Positions 42,900-52,581 of a DNA stretch of 64,000 nucleotides are shown one piece after another. Source of the stretch: a virus; the IMG/VR virus record IMGVR_UViG_3300050821_001265, positions 5,111 through 69,110 of that record. One strand, written 5' to 3'. The position numbers and the translations under genes are program-made. The notes under the pieces were generated by a model. That model was not told where the DNA came from and did no database searches. It saw only the letters and a list, made by a program, of their open reading frames with translations. Positions within the stretch are counted from its first letter, which is position 1, and every line of letters begins with the position of its first letter.

Positions 42900-43627
42900 G
42901 GCAGTCCTGCATATTTATCTGGTGGTGTAAGATTGCTGTAATCATAAACCACCAATGTATGAGCTGGCTTCCACCGATCAATTAAACATTCAAGGTCTTG
43001 CGCGTAACCAATCCTCAAATGCGGGTCCAATCCGGCTTCACCGGATCCGACCCGAAACCACATCAGCGGAGCTAGATGAACATGGACTTGCCAAAAAAAT
43101 CGAATTTCAGGCGGACCGATTTCCCATCGAAAATCCTCCATAAGTTCTGGATGCTGCCCTGGCGTATCATTCCACAATTCCATTCCTCGCGTATCACCAA
43201 CTTGCGATACACCGCAAGTGAACGGAGCAAACTCACTGATTGAAATGTTATAGCCAAGCCAAGCCGCAACATCGATGAACCACTGTCGGTTTTGAGCACC
43301 GAGCAGGGTCATCTTAAAGACCAGCATTTTTTGCCGTTCAGCGAGCGTCAAAGCACTTTTGAAACAAGGATCAGGAAGGCCCCAATTTTCCTCCCATCGA
43401 TCCAACATTTCTATAGTCTTACGCGGATCGGATTCAGTCTCCAAAAAATCAGCAGCGCGACTATCAACGAAACCAAAAATGTTAGCGAGGCCACGCACTA
43501 ACCGCATGAGCACGCTGTCTTCATCACGCGGCCACACCGGACCTGTGGGCAATAAATCCGCGAGCGCAGCCGCGTAATCATCTCCAGTACGCCGCAGATG
43601 GCGATCTACAACAGCAATCTGATCCAT
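42896..43627 (-). CDS. baseplate protein (Mu gp48/DUF2313-like)
   Basis: LLP.GP.WPR, E.DP..T.EML..WE...GLPD.C, LEC.I.R.KPAHT. Confidence 0.9.
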   Translation of the reverse strand: MDQIAVVDRHLRRTGDDYAAALADLLPTGPVWPRDEDSVLMRLVRGLANIFGFVDSRAADFLETESDPRKTIEMLDRWEENWGLPDPCFKSALTLAERQKMLVFKMTLLGAQNRQWFIDVAAWLGYNISISEFAPFTCGVSQVGDTRGMELWNDTPGQHPELMEDFRWEIGPPEIRFFWQVHVHLAPLMWFRVGSGEAGLDPHLRIGYAQDLECLIDRWKPAHTLVVYDYSNLTPPDKYAGLP

Positions 43628-43632
43628 GCCAT

Positions 43633-44751
43633 TTATGGTGCGTAGATGATAGAGCCCAAGATCGGAAGATGCCCATTGTCAGGCATCGGTGTGCTTGTAA
43701 AGGTTAGTTCATAAGTATTGAGTCCAACAACCTGACTAAGAGCCTCATCTAATGAACTCCTATGCAATGTTTCGCCCGGTATTGCTTGTGTCAGAAACAT
43801 ATGTCTAACGGAGGATTCAATCCCGGCGCGAATTGCTGTCGTGTCCGGTACCACTGATCTAAGCGTAAAATTAATCGGATACGGAATTGGAGCAACAACA
43901 AAAATATCCTTCACAGCAACCGGACGTACCTTATCAATCCACTGGGCCACAGCCAGAACATCCTCTGCTGTAGGAATACCGTAATTGTCAGCGCGCAATA
44001 TATCCATCATAAATCTAATCACGACCGTACCCGGTCCCAATTCCAACGGATACGCCCATGCGCGCGTTACACCGCCAAAGGACAGCGCCCAGCGAACATA
44101 ATCCTCTTGCGATCCTCCCATCGGGGGCTGTTGGATGCGCTCAAGTACGCGCGCTCGCAAATCGTCGTCGGTCTCGGTATCTGCGCCACCATGAAAATCA
44201 TTATTAGCAATTGCTGTGTTATCAATACCATCAACGACAACCTCAAATTGTAAAACATCTCCGACCACGAGATTACCTATTGCACCAGGATCGAGTGCTC
44301 GCACTGGCACAGATGAACCTGATGCTGAGATGCTAACTTGCGTTAGCGTTTCAAAGCTAATGTCTGTAGTTGATAATTGTGCTGCCGCTGGTACGACAGT
44401 ACCCTGCGTACCAGTCACAGTCACGGTGCCAGTTGCAAATTCCGCCGCCTTCCGTCCGAGCGTTCCATCAGAATTTGTCAGCCAGATTTGCCCGTGACGG
44501 TCTAACCATTCCGTTTCTGCTGTATCTGGCATCAATTGTTTAGCTAGCCAATCTATATAGCGCAACACCAAATGAGCTAGACCTGAAGTCGCGTCCGACA
44601 GCACCCGCAGCATAGAGTTGCCGAGGGTCGCTGCCGCATTGAGCGCCGCTAGAATACGTTGCTTTGGAACGATCACTGTCGCCATAGTCGCGGCAATAGC
44701 GTCGCGCGTCATGGCGCGAACGTCCCGCAAGCTTGGCGTCGTCCATGGCAT
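43633..44751 (-). CDS. baseplate J-like protein (Mu gp47-like)
   Basis: QL.PDTAE.E.L.RHG, GGADTETDDDLRAR...PP.GG...DY..WA...GVTRAW. Confidence 0.92.
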   Translation of the reverse strand: MPWTTPSLRDVRAMTRDAIAATMATVIVPKQRILAALNAAATLGNSMLRVLSDATSGLAHLVLRYIDWLAKQLMPDTAETEWLDRHGQIWLTNSDGTLGRKAAEFATGTVTVTGTQGTVVPAAAQLSTTDISFETLTQVSISASGSSVPVRALDPGAIGNLVVGDVLQFEVVVDGIDNTAIANNDFHGGADTETDDDLRARVLERIQQPPMGGSQEDYVRWALSFGGVTRAWAYPLELGPGTVVIRFMMDILRADNYGIPTAEDVLAVAQWIDKVRPVAVKDIFVVAPIPYPINFTLRSVVPDTTAIRAGIESSVRHMFLTQAIPGETLHRSSLDEALSQVVGLNTYELTFTSTPMPDNGHLPILGSIIYAP

Positions 44752-44766
44752 TATGTGACTTCCTAT

Positions 44767-45306
44767 TTATTTGGATTGATACGGGTCTTGCCACGAGACT
44801 TGCCTGATCTCATCCCACAAGTTTTGGAATTGCAACGCGATTGCGGGAAGCGGGCCACGATACATCGTAAAGCCAACTTGAATGGTATCACGATCAGTAC
44901 GCTCCGCGCGAACATCAATTCGTGTACAAACACCATGATCTATGAATGGCTGTAACGCTTCACGCGTGTAAATCTCGGCGCGGCCAAGCGTAGAACCTAT
45001 GCGTGCCTCTATGGGCGTAATCTTCGCGCGCATTAGCTCCCATAGACGCGACCCGATTGGCCAACCATCATATAGGAGTTCGGCATCTAGATCGCCCCAC
45101 CATCCGCGCCGATCAGAAACCCCATCAGGGCCTAGCAAATCTGGCAAATCATCATCAATGTCCGCGAGACCGTCAGTACCAAGCGCAATCAATAAACTGG
45201 TAGCGAGTTCCTGCGTCTCATCTAATGTGCCCATTGGCTTTAACAAAATGTCCATCGTCACTAACGGCTGAAGCGTTACGATATTAATGATACGAATATC
45301 GGCCAT
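44767..45306 (-). CDS. baseplate wedge protein (Mu gp46-like)
   Basis: I.L.TD..A, RRGWWGD, IGSRLW.L.R.K, Y..EALQ. Confidence 0.9.
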   Translation of the reverse strand: MADIRIINIVTLQPLVTMDILLKPMGTLDETQELATSLLIALGTDGLADIDDDLPDLLGPDGVSDRRGWWGDLDAELLYDGWPIGSRLWELMRAKITPIEARIGSTLGRAEIYTREALQPFIDHGVCTRIDVRAERTDRDTIQVGFTMYRGPLPAIALQFQNLWDEIRQVSWQDPYQSK

Positions 45307-45323
45307 TTATCCTGTCCCATATA

Positions 45324-46214
45324 TCAAAGCGACCAAGTGATGATGCAGAGACCGGGAGCGGCTGGAAGCGCTGCGCCGGTAGTCACGGTAATACCGCCAC
45401 CGCCTAACGGCAATCCTCCCACATTGACTGCGCTTGTTTGTGCCGGACTTATGGCATTGCTGTGCGAGTCATAGGTACCATCGACTGTTGCCGACCCGCC
45501 GACAATTCCGTGACCAGCGCCGCCCGTTATGTTCACATCACCGCCAGTTGCGGTTCCGCCCGGGGACGTAGCCGCGCCTATATTAAGACCAGAACTACCT
45601 CCGTTGGCTGTTAGCGTTGGTATAGTTAGCGAGCCTGATTGCAACAGGCTCTGACCGCCATTCTGGCTACCAAGCCCGCCAATACCCGCTGTAAACTGTA
45701 TTGTTGCGCCCGGAACAAGTCCGGTTAATGTTTTTTCCAGATAACCGCCGCACCCGCCAGCGCCACGAGGTATGCCACTAGCATTCGAGCCTCCACCTCC
45801 GCCACCTACAAGTTTAATGAACGCCTTGGTAAAGGGAAACGGAACGAAAATGTTTTGTGAAGTCGTATAAGTAATGGTTGACGATTTTGGTTGCCATGAC
45901 TCCTCTCGCCACACACCGTTTTGATCCGCGAAATATTCACCGACATCCCCAGCATTCGCGGAGCGATTTGCCCCAGTTAACAAAATGAGATGCACCGGGT
46001 CATGCTGGATAATAATACGAGCATCAAACCGGCAGCGCTTCTCGACCAGCGTACCGGGACCAAATGAGGTAATCGTAACGACCGGAGCTGGAGAGACCGG
46101 GCCAACGATATGGACACGGTTAGAATCAACCGTATCCAAATCAGTCAGCGTCGCGGCATTGATCGGCTGTTCCGGCGCAACCCCCATCGCCGAAATGATG
46201 TGGATTTTCGACAT
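45324..46214 (-). CDS. glycine-rich tail/baseplate-associated protein
   Basis: GGGGGG...GAGG.GG...ANGG...PGG.A.GGD.N..GG.G glycine-rich domain. Confidence 0.65.
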   Translation of the reverse strand: MSKIHIISAMGVAPEQPINAATLTDLDTVDSNRVHIVGPVSPAPVVTITSFGPGTLVEKRCRFDARIIIQHDPVHLILLTGANRSANAGDVGEYFADQNGVWREESWQPKSSTITYTTSQNIFVPFPFTKAFIKLVGGGGGGSNASGIPRGAGGCGGYLEKTLTGLVPGATIQFTAGIGGLGSQNGGQSLLQSGSLTIPTLTANGGSSGLNIGAATSPGGTATGGDVNITGGAGHGIVGGSATVDGTYDSHSNAISPAQTSAVNVGGLPLGGGGITVTTGAALPAAPGLCIITWSL

Positions 46215-47215
46215 CAGGCAGGCAACGCCTTAACGTGCTTCGCGTCGCCCTGAACGGTGACGACTTGTCGAGCCTTGCTATCGTCGCCTGTCTGCTCGGT
46301 CCCGAGTATTACCTGACCGCCGCTATCCGATGGCGTTACCAACTCGATCAGCGATTTTGCCTCGTTCTGATTCGGCGCTTTGCTAGTAATCGTTGTGCGG
46401 ATTGCCTTGATATCATGGGTCTCAACCGAATCATGAGTCATGTGCGTCGCGTTCCAGTTCATCTTTGAATTGTCGCCGCCATTCCACGCCATCGTCGGAG
46501 CGTTCCAAGTTAAGGTCCCCGTCGTCGTCCAAGTGATCCCATCCATATCCATGACCATCGAAGAATAGATGGTCTTCGGATCATCCTTGTCCATGATCTG
46601 GTGTTTAATCTGTGGCTTGTATTCACCTTCGTCCTTGTACGTATCTTTATTGCGATGAGTAACTGTAAACGATTTACGATCAAAATGAACGGTAGCTAAC
46701 ACATCGTCTTTCATATCGGTCTTGGTCGCCTGAATTGCTTTCTTCCGATCCTCCTTTTTCATATCCATACCAAGCGCACTCAAAGGATCAGTTGGAGTGT
46801 TCTTATCTTTTTTCATTATACGAAAATCAAGAACCAAATCGTGCGGAACCGAAGCATTAATCCCGGAGCGCGTTATATGAACCTGCTGACCTTGATCATC
46901 ATAAATCATCAACTCGCCATTTTGCAATCCTGTAATCCGGTAGCGGCGATCATCAGCCGCTATAAGCACCATATGAGTACGAACCCCGCCAATGCTTGCG
47001 GCAATCTCTTCGAGGTTACCCAAACTATTCTCAACGTGCGGAACCGACGTCAAAAACGGAAATTGAAAGCGCTCAACGCCTATACGTTTTTCTTCCGCAA
47101 ACAACTCGATGTCGTGCTCTTGAAGTAGCTTCGTATCATCAACCTTCTTTACCAGTATCGCCCGCGATAGCATATTGTAAATGCGAGTAGCCATATCATA
47201 TGGGGTTGATCGCAT
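46214..47215 (-). CDS. baseplate spike protein (Mu gp45-like)
   Basis: R.....DD...LQ, ERFQ...TSVP, GG.R.H....DDRRYR..GL..GE...YDD.GQ. Confidence 0.85.
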   Translation of the reverse strand: MRSTPYDMATRIYNMLSRAILVKKVDDTKLLQEHDIELFAEEKRIGVERFQFPFLTSVPHVENSLGNLEEIAASIGGVRTHMVLIAADDRRYRITGLQNGELMIYDDQGQQVHITRSGINASVPHDLVLDFRIMKKDKNTPTDPLSALGMDMKKEDRKKAIQATKTDMKDDVLATVHFDRKSFTVTHRNKDTYKDEGEYKPQIKHQIMDKDDPKTIYSSMVMDMDGITWTTTGTLTWNAPTMAWNGGDNSKMNWNATHMTHDSVETHDIKAIRTTITSKAPNQNEAKSLIELVTPSDSGGQVILGTEQTGDDSKARQVVTVQGDAKHVKALPA

Positions 47216-48340
47216 TTAGCCTGGCCCTGGTTTAGCCGGTTGTGGCGTACTCGCTCCTCCTGGTACATCGAAGTTAAGATGCGCCGAACTTAACCTGCTA
47301 ACCACATGCAAACTTGCCAACGACCCTTGCTCGTTATCCTGAGTGAAAGTTACACGCTGAATATATAACTTATTATTTTTGAGCATCAGCATAGGTGAAT
47401 CAACGTTCACGCTATCACCCACCTTCCACAATTCACCGCCATCGCTTTGCCACCCATAAACAACAATATCAGCCGTGATGTTGTCGTTAAAGACCCACAG
47501 CGTTTCATAATCCATACGTCCGATTGCTTCCTGCGTCGTTAACCGCCGATCCCCAAGAAACAAATATGGTTTGTAGCCCAATCCTTTCGCTCCCGGATTA
47601 TCCGCGTGCGCTGCTGCCTGCGCCGCGCGTCTACCCCAATAACTATCCTTACCATTCGTCGCCCCATCATCAACATGTTTGGAAAATATTGTAGTGTTCT
47701 CTATTCGGCACGAAGCTGATTGAATATTTTTCCCTTCAATTAAACTTCCACCTGAAGAGCCGGTAACAGAAGCGTATGCAATCACCTTACCATGCTCATC
47801 ATCAAACAGGGTAATCCCGCGATGCCTCGCCAATCGACCTAGAAAATTGAAAGTTGTTTCACCAGGCATAATCTGAGCATCATCAATCTGCATCTCAGAT
47901 AATTGAGTAGACCCTCTCATCTCCAACTGAACGCCTTGTTTCTTTAACACAGCAGTCGCAATCGCTTGCCATTTCTGATTAAGAAATTGACCGCCGTTAT
48001 GATCCTGCGGGAGAACCGAAGCGTCAGTAATCTTCCCAGCGTTTGACTTTCCAGAGATTAAAACATTATGCTGAAAAGCATCATAGTGCGCGTTACGACA
48101 ATTCACTGTACCGGTCAGAAACAATTCGCCAGCAAACTTAACCGTACAATCATCACCCGGAATAATCTGTAACGTTGACCAATTTGGAGATGACTGACCG
48201 CCTGACGACGATACAGCCTCGGTAGCTAGGAACGCGAATTCACGCAGCGTTCCAAACTCCGCTGTAGCTTGTATCTGTTCCCACGCACTAAAGACTTGCG
48301 AGCCTATTTGTAGATCAACGGTCTCTTTTCGCTTTGGCAT
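47216..48340 (-). CDS. baseplate hub protein (Mu gpP-like)
   Basis: PGD.C.V...GE..LTG, G.S......D.S, PGET.F.FL.RLAR.RG, L.EG.NI, V.GW....G.LW. Confidence 0.85.
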   Translation of the reverse strand: MPKRKETVDLQIGSQVFSAWEQIQATAEFGTLREFAFLATEAVSSSGGQSSPNWSTLQIIPGDDCTVKFAGELFLTGTVNCRNAHYDAFQHNVLISGKSNAGKITDASVLPQDHNGGQFLNQKWQAIATAVLKKQGVQLEMRGSTQLSEMQIDDAQIMPGETTFNFLGRLARHRGITLFDDEHGKVIAYASVTGSSGGSLIEGKNIQSASCRIENTTIFSKHVDDGATNGKDSYWGRRAAQAAAHADNPGAKGLGYKPYLFLGDRRLTTQEAIGRMDYETLWVFNDNITADIVVYGWQSDGGELWKVGDSVNVDSPMLMLKNNKLYIQRVTFTQDNEQGSLASLHVVSRLSSAHLNFDVPGGASTPQPAKPGPG

Positions 48341-48342
48341 AA

Positions 48343-49059
48343 CTATGCTGTAAGCAATATTCCTTCAACCGGACAAAATGCCGGATGAACGATATTGTTT
48401 TCTGTGATTAGTTGGGATACCCGCAGATCAGTATTGAATGGAGATTGGGTCGCATCGGGATAACGCCAGTTCGCTAATTTCAAAGCCGGATACGGAGACG
48501 CTGTTGTATAATTGATAATCGTCGGCAAAGGTCGCGCGCGCACCGTCAAATCATGAACCATTGCGGCCTGTAGAGCGAGAACTTCCCGATAATTTTCTAT
48601 GTCACCACGATCCGCCAAAATTTCAACTGATGGTGTAAAACCATTCAGCATCCGGGTAAGATACGAATTAACGTCCTGCCGACTAACAAACGTAGTGTTA
48701 GCGGTTATTAGAACTAACGCAGATAACAAATAAATGATACCAGCATCCTTGACCGCTTGTCCTGGTAATGTAATGACAGGTTGGTTATGGAACTCAGTTA
48801 ACACACGATACATATTGTCAAAGGTCGCCCCAGCAGCGACCGCCGTTGTAACAATATTAAGCATAGCATCGCCAATATGCGATCCATCAATTAAGGTTCC
48901 ATACCTCAACAGCAATTCAGCATTCGTATAAACGTCGTTCGCTACGCGGCGCACATCAGATGATTGACGCCCAGTCTGCGCACCAGGCACCGTTGTAATA
49001 ATCGCCATCGCAAAATACTGAACGATGGCCATTGCTTCTTTTAGCTCCGATAATGTCAT
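48343..49059 (-). CDS. DNA circularization protein, C-terminal part (Mu gpN-like)
   Basis: R..PLP..Y.....P.L.LA...Y.DA...R...L...N..VHPAF.P. Confidence 0.75.
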   Translation of the reverse strand: MTLSELKEAMAIVQYFAMAIITTVPGAQTGRQSSDVRRVANDVYTNAELLLRYGTLIDGSHIGDAMLNIVTTAVAAGATFDNMYRVLTEFHNQPVITLPGQAVKDAGIIYLLSALVLITANTTFVSRQDVNSYLTRMLNGFTPSVEILADRGDIENYREVLALQAAMVHDLTVRARPLPTIINYTTASPYPALKLANWRYPDATQSPFNTDLRVSQLITENNIVHPAFCPVEGILLTA

Positions 49060-49577
49060 CTATTGGTTCCGTTAAATGCATCTACTTGAGAATTCAAATT
49101 TCCAGCAGCGAATGCTGACGTGCTGTTCGCAGATTGTGAAGCAGCAGCTGCTGTATCCTGCGTCGGTGATGACCCAGCATCGGAGCCCGCTTCTACGAAC
49201 ATCATCTCAAAAGTACAGTAACCTCCTCGCTCACGCGTCTCAGTTACTGTATAATTTGTACAGATAACTTGCATCGGACGAAGGAGCGGATGAATTAATT
49301 GACCTGGCCCTTCCTTCTCTAAAGCATCTGTTAGCTCATCGCGCGGTCCGATATAATCAGGGCCAATCAGATAACCTGTAATAGGATGTTGAACCGCGCG
49401 CCGCCCCATATCTTCAGAGTAGGGCGTATCACGCTTCGGATATTGATGAACTGCCACGCGGCGTCCTGAAGCGCGAGCATCGTTTTCAGTATAGAAGATG
49501 GCGCCACGAAATGAGGCTTGCTGATACCTATCACGCCACGGATTAGACGGCATCCCATATTGAGTACGTCCGGGCAT
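49056..49577 (-). CDS. DNA circularization protein, N-terminal domain (Mu gpN-like)
   Basis: WRD....ASFRG..F, GRR...H.YP.RD.P..EDMGR, L...G.G.L.HP. Confidence 0.9.
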   Translation of the reverse strand: MPGRTQYGMPSNPWRDRYQQASFRGAIFYTENDARASGRRVAVHQYPKRDTPYSEDMGRRAVQHPITGYLIGPDYIGPRDELTDALEKEGPGQLIHPLLRPMQVICTNYTVTETRERGGYCTFEMMFVEAGSDAGSSPTQDTAAAASQSANSTSAFAAGNLNSQVDAFNGTNR

Positions 49578-51637
49578 TAGCTATCAAACCCATCGTTGAA
49601 CGCGGTCTTCTCCATCTGCCAAGCACGCCGTCGCTTCATTTCGGTTTGACTAAATAATCCATCGGCATCAACAACCGCCTTCGTTCCGGGAGGCGCGGCG
49701 ATATCAACCTTCAGCGTCGCGGACCCTTCGACCTTAGTACTGAATGCTTGCGGATCGATGCTAGGCGTCATCAACTGCGGCGGTTGTAATAACCGTTGCC
49801 TAAGTTTATCATCATCTTCCTTACGAAAGGTTGAACCATCATCCGATAATCGTTTCATCGCCTCGTTGGATGGTTGTCGTATATCGTTTAATTGCTCAGT
49901 CGCGCTTTGCTGTAATCGCCGCGCCTGATCTCCAGTCTTCGTCTCTTGTTCTAATCCTGGCTTGCTATATGGCGCCGTCGCTTTCCGCAATGGATCAACT
50001 TCATCGCCACCTAGTTTACTCATAACATCAACGGCAGATTTTATATCTTCCTTTGATCGTTTTACATCAGCGGTAGGTCCCTCAAGCTTCAATCCTTTAG
50101 CTAAATTTTGGCTCTGAGCATATGCGTTCATACCCTCAACGATACCCTGCTTCGCGCTCTCCTTAACATCATCGCCGCTCGCGGGAGGTTCTGTTGGCAG
50201 CGGAACACTAGGTTGTGTGCGCGGAGGCGCCTGTTGTTGATGCAACAACTTCATAGTAGGCGAAAGATTATTGACATCTGCTTTAGCTGGCGCAGTCGGC
50301 TTGAGGAGGTTCCTAATATCCGGAATAGTTGTATCTTCATCCGGGCCGTAAGGCGACAACTTCGGTCCTTGTTTATCTGGATCAAGTTGATCATACCAAT
50401 CTGGCATTGGGGCTGGCGCGACTGGATACCCCGGCATAGTCAAATCCGCGCCTTGAGCAAGAAGCGCGTCCCGCTCCTCCTTGTTGGTTTGCCCTTGGAA
50501 AAGTTTTTCAACAGGTACGGTAATCGGCTGCGTTGCGGTTCTCGGCTTTACCTCGCCAGTGGTTGCTTTGTCTATCGCTTCCTGACCTTTCCGAATTGCT
50601 TGCGGTATCCATCCGCCTGCAGCATCACGCGCAGCTTGATCTCGCCCTAGTTTATCCAAACCAGTTTTAGGATCAACCTCTGGTGGTGGCTTATTCTTCT
50701 CATCTTCAGGAGGCTCCGGTGGCCGCTCTAACATTTTTAGCAATAATTGACCTAATGGTGAATTGAGGAACCGTTCGCCATACTCCGGCAATTTTTCAAA
50801 TCCAGCCGTCATTCCTTTCATCATCTTATCGATGCCAGGAATCAAACCGACCATAGCTTGTTCGTAGAACTTATCCCAAGTAGTCCAGAAGTCCGCCATC
50901 GTCGCTTTTAGCTTCGCGGCGTTCTCAAACATCTTCTTGGCTTCGTCCGGGTCCATCTCCTTCATTTGCTTTTTTCGTTCATAACCAGCTAACAACTTAG
51001 GTACAGACTCATCTGTATTCAAGAACTCGCGAGCAAAGCCAGCCGCCAACGCTGGATTAAATTCTTGCAATTTCTTCAGATGCTCCATCAGACCTTCGAG
51101 ATACTTTTCTGAATCACCGGCAGCAGCAGCAGGGAAAATCTTTTGATACAGATTATCTAACCCCGCCGCCGCCCACTTTGCCCGAACGCCATCGATGTTC
51201 TGCCCAATCTCCAGCATATCATCCGCGACACCTCTAAATGTTTTGAGACCTCCTTCGATGCCTACCGCCCGCATCGCGCGGTCCCAATTGATTGCAGAAC
51301 TTGCGTTCATATTCAAAATCGAAGCAGTATTCCTCAACGAGCCAAGAGTACTTGAGTAGTCAATCGCAGCCTTGGTCAACCCGATCATTGATCCGGTGAC
51401 CGCCGCTATGCTTAACCCGGCTTTAATCCCGAATGACGAAAGTGCCGGAGAAGCAACTTGATTGATTGCGTCGCCAAACCCCTTGACCGAACCGCCGAGA
51501 CCCTTAAACTTTGCTGTTGTTCCCTCGGTGTCGGCAGTCTTCTTGAAATCAGAGAATGCCCGCTCCATTTGCTTGAGCGGCGCGCTGGTCTCATCGACCA
51601 GCCTCGCTACCATTCTTAATACTGCGTCGTCGGGCAT
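49577..51637 (-). CDS. tape measure protein
   Basis: Follows the tail chaperones; helical N-terminus (VD..SAPLK); 686 aa. Confidence 0.7.
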   Translation of the reverse strand: MPDDAVLRMVARLVDETSAPLKQMERAFSDFKKTADTEGTTAKFKGLGGSVKGFGDAINQVASPALSSFGIKAGLSIAAVTGSMIGLTKAAIDYSSTLGSLRNTASILNMNASSAINWDRAMRAVGIEGGLKTFRGVADDMLEIGQNIDGVRAKWAAAGLDNLYQKIFPAAAAGDSEKYLEGLMEHLKKLQEFNPALAAGFAREFLNTDESVPKLLAGYERKKQMKEMDPDEAKKMFENAAKLKATMADFWTTWDKFYEQAMVGLIPGIDKMMKGMTAGFEKLPEYGERFLNSPLGQLLLKMLERPPEPPEDEKNKPPPEVDPKTGLDKLGRDQAARDAAGGWIPQAIRKGQEAIDKATTGEVKPRTATQPITVPVEKLFQGQTNKEERDALLAQGADLTMPGYPVAPAPMPDWYDQLDPDKQGPKLSPYGPDEDTTIPDIRNLLKPTAPAKADVNNLSPTMKLLHQQQAPPRTQPSVPLPTEPPASGDDVKESAKQGIVEGMNAYAQSQNLAKGLKLEGPTADVKRSKEDIKSAVDVMSKLGGDEVDPLRKATAPYSKPGLEQETKTGDQARRLQQSATEQLNDIRQPSNEAMKRLSDDGSTFRKEDDDKLRQRLLQPPQLMTPSIDPQAFSTKVEGSATLKVDIAAPPGTKAVVDADGLFSQTEMKRRRAWQMEKTAFNDGFDS

Positions 51638-51784
51638 CTAGCGGCGTTCCTGAGCTGAGTTGATCTCTTCAATTAGACGATTGGTATAATATACGTCACG
51701 ACTCAATTCGCTGATCGGCTTTCTAAGAAAGACATCTGGAGAGACCGAATAGTATTTCGCCAAACGGTAGCAATTCAATATCAT
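51638..51784 (-). CDS. tail assembly chaperone extension (gpGT/GpE-like)
   Basis: Manually translated MILNCYRLAKYYSVSPDVFLRKPISEL...; in the -1 frame of the upstream chaperone, after a T8 slippery run. Confidence 0.7.
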   Translation of the reverse strand: MILNCYRLAKYYSVSPDVFLRKPISELSRDVYYTNRLIEEINSAQERR

Positions 51785-52188
51785 AGTCTCCCCAAGTCTG
51801 GCAGAAAAAAAATTTGTACCGCCAGACTACACGTCGCCCAGTCGCGCGCCTTCATCTCCAAGATACTTTTCGGACTGATATTGGCGAGGCGCGCCATCAT
51901 CAATGTCATCTTCTTGGAATCAATAACCGGCAGCGGCGGCCAACCGCGACTAAAATCATTGCTGACTGGATTACCAACCGCATCAATATCCATTGCGGTA
52001 GGTTCTCGAAAGGTTAGAAAGGTCGTGACCGGACTCATGTGAGTAGCGATCGGTCTGCCCAATTCTATCTTAACCTCTGTCGGCAAACCATCGTCCGATG
52101 GTCGCCGCTCTTCTTCAGGCGGAATGCTCACGGCTGGCGGGTCTACTGGCGCCGTCGCGCCGCGCGGCTTCGTCGTATGTTCGTTCAT
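51781..52188 (-). CDS. tail assembly chaperone
   Basis: L..PI.......L.FREPT..D...LA.......I..M...DW......FF; between tube and tape measure. Confidence 0.8.
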   Translation of the reverse strand: MNEHTTKPRGATAPVDPPAVSIPPEEERRPSDDGLPTEVKIELGRPIATHMSPVTTFLTFREPTAMDIDAVGNPVSNDFSRGWPPLPVIDSKKMTLMMARLANISPKSILEMKARDWATCSLAVQIFFLPDLGRL

Positions 52189-52550
52189 GAAGTCATCTCA
52201 CTACAATTCATCCCTTCCCACCGAATACGCGCGAAGCCTTCACGCGTGTTCATTTCTATTCGTCCCGCCTTCCACGCGTTGCGTAGAACGTAGGAGTGCC
52301 CGTTGATAAGGTCCGCTTGGATAGTCGCGTCCGTGACTAGCTCGACATCCTCCCAGTTGATCGTCGGGTCTAACGATATGTCAGCCTCGATATATGGCAC
52401 AGCAGGAAGTTCCTGATAACCATGCACACGATCTTGACCGGCAAGGCCGGTGCGCTCGACGCGACCCGGATTGATCGTCAAGTTACCACGCAGGGCGATA
52501 GGCGCGCCATCAGTAAACAGGAACGCAGTACCAGCGATAGCTTGTCCCAC
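52185..52550 (-). CDS. tail tube protein (Mu gpM-like)
   Basis: IAGTA....DG, R..L.G.D.VHGY.E.P..PYI, T....L.NG..Y.L..AW. Confidence 0.9.
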   Translation of the reverse strand: MGQAIAGTAFLFTDGAPIALRGNLTINPGRVERTGLAGQDRVHGYQELPAVPYIEADISLDPTINWEDVELVTDATIQADLINGHSYVLRNAWKAGRIEMNTREGFARIRWEGMNCSEMTS

Positions 52551-52581
52551 TTAAACCTCCTACTTGTTCGAGATGTTATGA

